32,000 bases of DNA from Psychromarinibacter sediminicola (GTDB taxonomy: Bacteria > Pseudomonadota > Alphaproteobacteria > Rhodobacterales > Rhodobacteraceae), in NCBI RefSeq assembly GCF_029168335.1, contig NZ_JARGYC010000040.1, positions 3,605 through 35,604 on the forward strand, read 5' to 3'. The notes beneath the pieces are model-generated. The model saw only the letters and a program-made list of their open reading frames with translations. It did not search any database and was not told the origin of the DNA. Each line of letters begins with the position of its first letter. Within the stretch, counting starts at the first letter, position 1. Positions 30,906-32,000 of the stretch are shown here, piece after piece. A program made the translations under genes and the position numbers.

Positions 30906-30944
30906 GCCCTGTCGAGAGCCCCTATCGAGCGCCCCTATCGAGAG
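30906..30944. repeat. Three tandem 13-bp direct repeats (gccctgtcgagag / cccctatcgagcg / cccctatcgagag)
   Basis: Read directly. TCGAG recurs at 30912, 30925 and 30938, an exact 13-bp period. Units 2 and 3 share 11/11 (CCCCTATCGAG), and unit 1 matches 9/11. The array is flanked by the inverted hexamers CTGTCG (30909-30914) and CGACAG (30947-30952). Confidence 0.85.
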
Positions 30945-30974
30945 TCCGACAGGCACATGCGCGGGACGGCCGCG

Positions 30975-32000
30975 TCACCCCGCCTTCACCGGCTCCTCTT
31001 CGAGCGTGGCGATCCGGCTGCCGGACTTGTTGGTGGTCACCACGCCCAGGCTCTTCAGCTTGCGGTGCAGCGCCGACCGCTCCATCCCCACGAAGCTCGC
31101 GGTGCGCGAGATATTGCCGCCGAACCGGTTGATCTGGGTCAGCAGGTATTCGCGCTCGAACAGCTCGCGCGCCTCGCGCAGCGGCAGGGTGGCCAGCGAG
31201 CCGGACAGCACGACCTTGCCGTCCTCCTGCCCCTGCGGCTCGCTCTGCGGCAGTTCCAGCGCCGAGATCGGGCCGCCGTCCTCGCCCAGGATCAGCACCC
31301 GCTCGATCACGTTCTTCAGCTGGCGCACGTTGCCCGGCCAGACCATCGTCTGCAGCAGCGCGACCGCCTCGTCGCTGATCTCGCGCAGCGGCAGGCCTTG
31401 CATCTTGTTGAACCCGTCGATGAAATGCGCCGCCAGCACCGGGATATCCTCGCGCCGGTCCTCCAGCGAGGGCACCTGGATCGGCACGACGTTGAGCCGG
31501 TGATACAGCTCCTGCCGGAAGGCGCCGGCTTCAATCTCGACCTGCAAGTCCTTGTTCGTGGACGAAATCACCCGCATGTCCACGCGCACCTTGTCGGTGC
31601 CGCCGACGCGCTGGAACGCCTGTTCCACCAGCACGCGGAGGATCTTCGACTGGGTGCCCAGCGGCATGTCCGCCACCTCGTCGAAATACAGCACGCCGCC
31701 ATGCGCCTGTTCCAGAAGCCCCGGCTCGACGCCGCGGTCGGCGCCCTCGCGGCCGAACAACACCTCTTCCATGCGCTCGGGCTCGATCGAGGCGCAGTTG
31801 ACGGTGATGAAGGGGGCGGAGGACCGGTTGGAGTGGGCATGGATATAGCGCGCGGCCACCTCCTTGCCCGAACCGGCGGGGCCGGTCAGCATCACCCGGC
31901 CGTTCGACTTCGTCACCTTGTCGAGGTTGTTCTTCAGCGCCTTGAAGGCCGAGGACGTGCCGATCATCTCGGTCGGCCCCTCGTCGCGGCGCTTCAGCTC
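30975..32000 (-). CDS. ntrX: NtrX-type response regulator (AAA+ and HTH parts; N-terminal receiver lies beyond the right window edge)
   Basis: The frame stays open to nt 32000 (..ELKRRDEGPTEMIGTSSAFKALK..). It has Walker A GPAGSGKE, Walker B VLYFDEV, and no GAFTGA loop (FGREGADRGVEPGLLEQA instead), as expected for NtrX. The C-terminal Fis-type HTH is ..GGNISRTASFVGMERSALHRKLKSLGV. Confidence 0.85.
   Translation of the reverse strand, partial: ELKRRDEGPTEMIGTSSAFKALKNNLDKVTKSNGRVMLTGPAGSGKEVAARYIHAHSNRSSAPFITVNCASIEPERMEEVLFGREGADRGVEPGLLEQAHGGVLYFDEVADMPLGTQSKILRVLVEQAFQRVGGTDKVRVDMRVISSTNKDLQVEIEAGAFRQELYHRLNVVPIQVPSLEDRREDIPVLAAHFIDGFNKMQGLPLREISDEAVALLQTMVWPGNVRQLKNVIERVLILGEDGGPISALELPQSEPQGQEDGKVVLSGSLATLPLREARELFEREYLLTQINRFGGNISRTASFVGMERSALHRKLKSLGVVTTNKSGSRIATLEEEPVKAG

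Noticed and set aside
1-32000. Search for CRISPR arrays, IS elements/transposases, integrases, prophage genes, rRNA/tRNA genes, restriction-modification or other known defence modules
   Set aside because: None found by reading both strands. The only tandem or direct repeats are the protein-internal LCCL repeats, the 3 x 13-bp array and the palindromes described above. The only RNA gene is ssrA.

Overview
High-GC alphaproteobacterial chromosomal segment with Rhodobacteraceae-type gene content and synteny. I call 34 protein-coding genes (two truncated by the window edges), one two-piece (circularly permuted) tmRNA gene, and several intergenic repeats and hairpins.

Left third, minus strand: class V aminotransferase, photolyase, trgA, trgB, cysK and an MscS-like channel, followed by a BCCT transporter, a Usp, and an LCCL-DinB-AcuI array.

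Middle: ssrA, a GT-C-like membrane protein, sspB, a methyltransferase, fumC, a DUF4169/RHH pair, DUF6314 with a CaCA antiporter, and purB. Then come three tandem secreted Cys-loop paralogues (two are tiny and missing from the ORF track), an isolated fliG, a cupin, DUF2177 and an MgtE-like protein.

Right third, minus strand: ntrX ... trkA-trkH-hfq-hflX, with three envelope genes sitting between ntrX and trkA.

I saw no transposase, integrase, phage, CRISPR, rRNA or tRNA genes, and no recognisable defence or toxin system. This is mostly core genome. Most long ORFs in the track are GC-driven antisense or out-of-frame artefacts.

The most noteworthy unexplained signals are:
1. A 58-bp bipartite element present twice, 23.6 kb apart, in the same position relative to minus-strand genes. 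It is a candidate shared activator-dependent promoter or structured RNA.
2. A family of TTCTAGAA-centred perfect palindromes that always occur as adjacent pairs.
3. Three tandem secreted paralogues sharing a C-x12-C loop.
4. A 3 x 13-bp direct-repeat array just downstream of ntrX.
5. A membrane-protein gene whose coding-like N-terminal extension lacks any canonical start codon.

I do not see convincing evidence for a complete novel multi-gene system. These items are hypotheses that need database and experimental checks I cannot run here.
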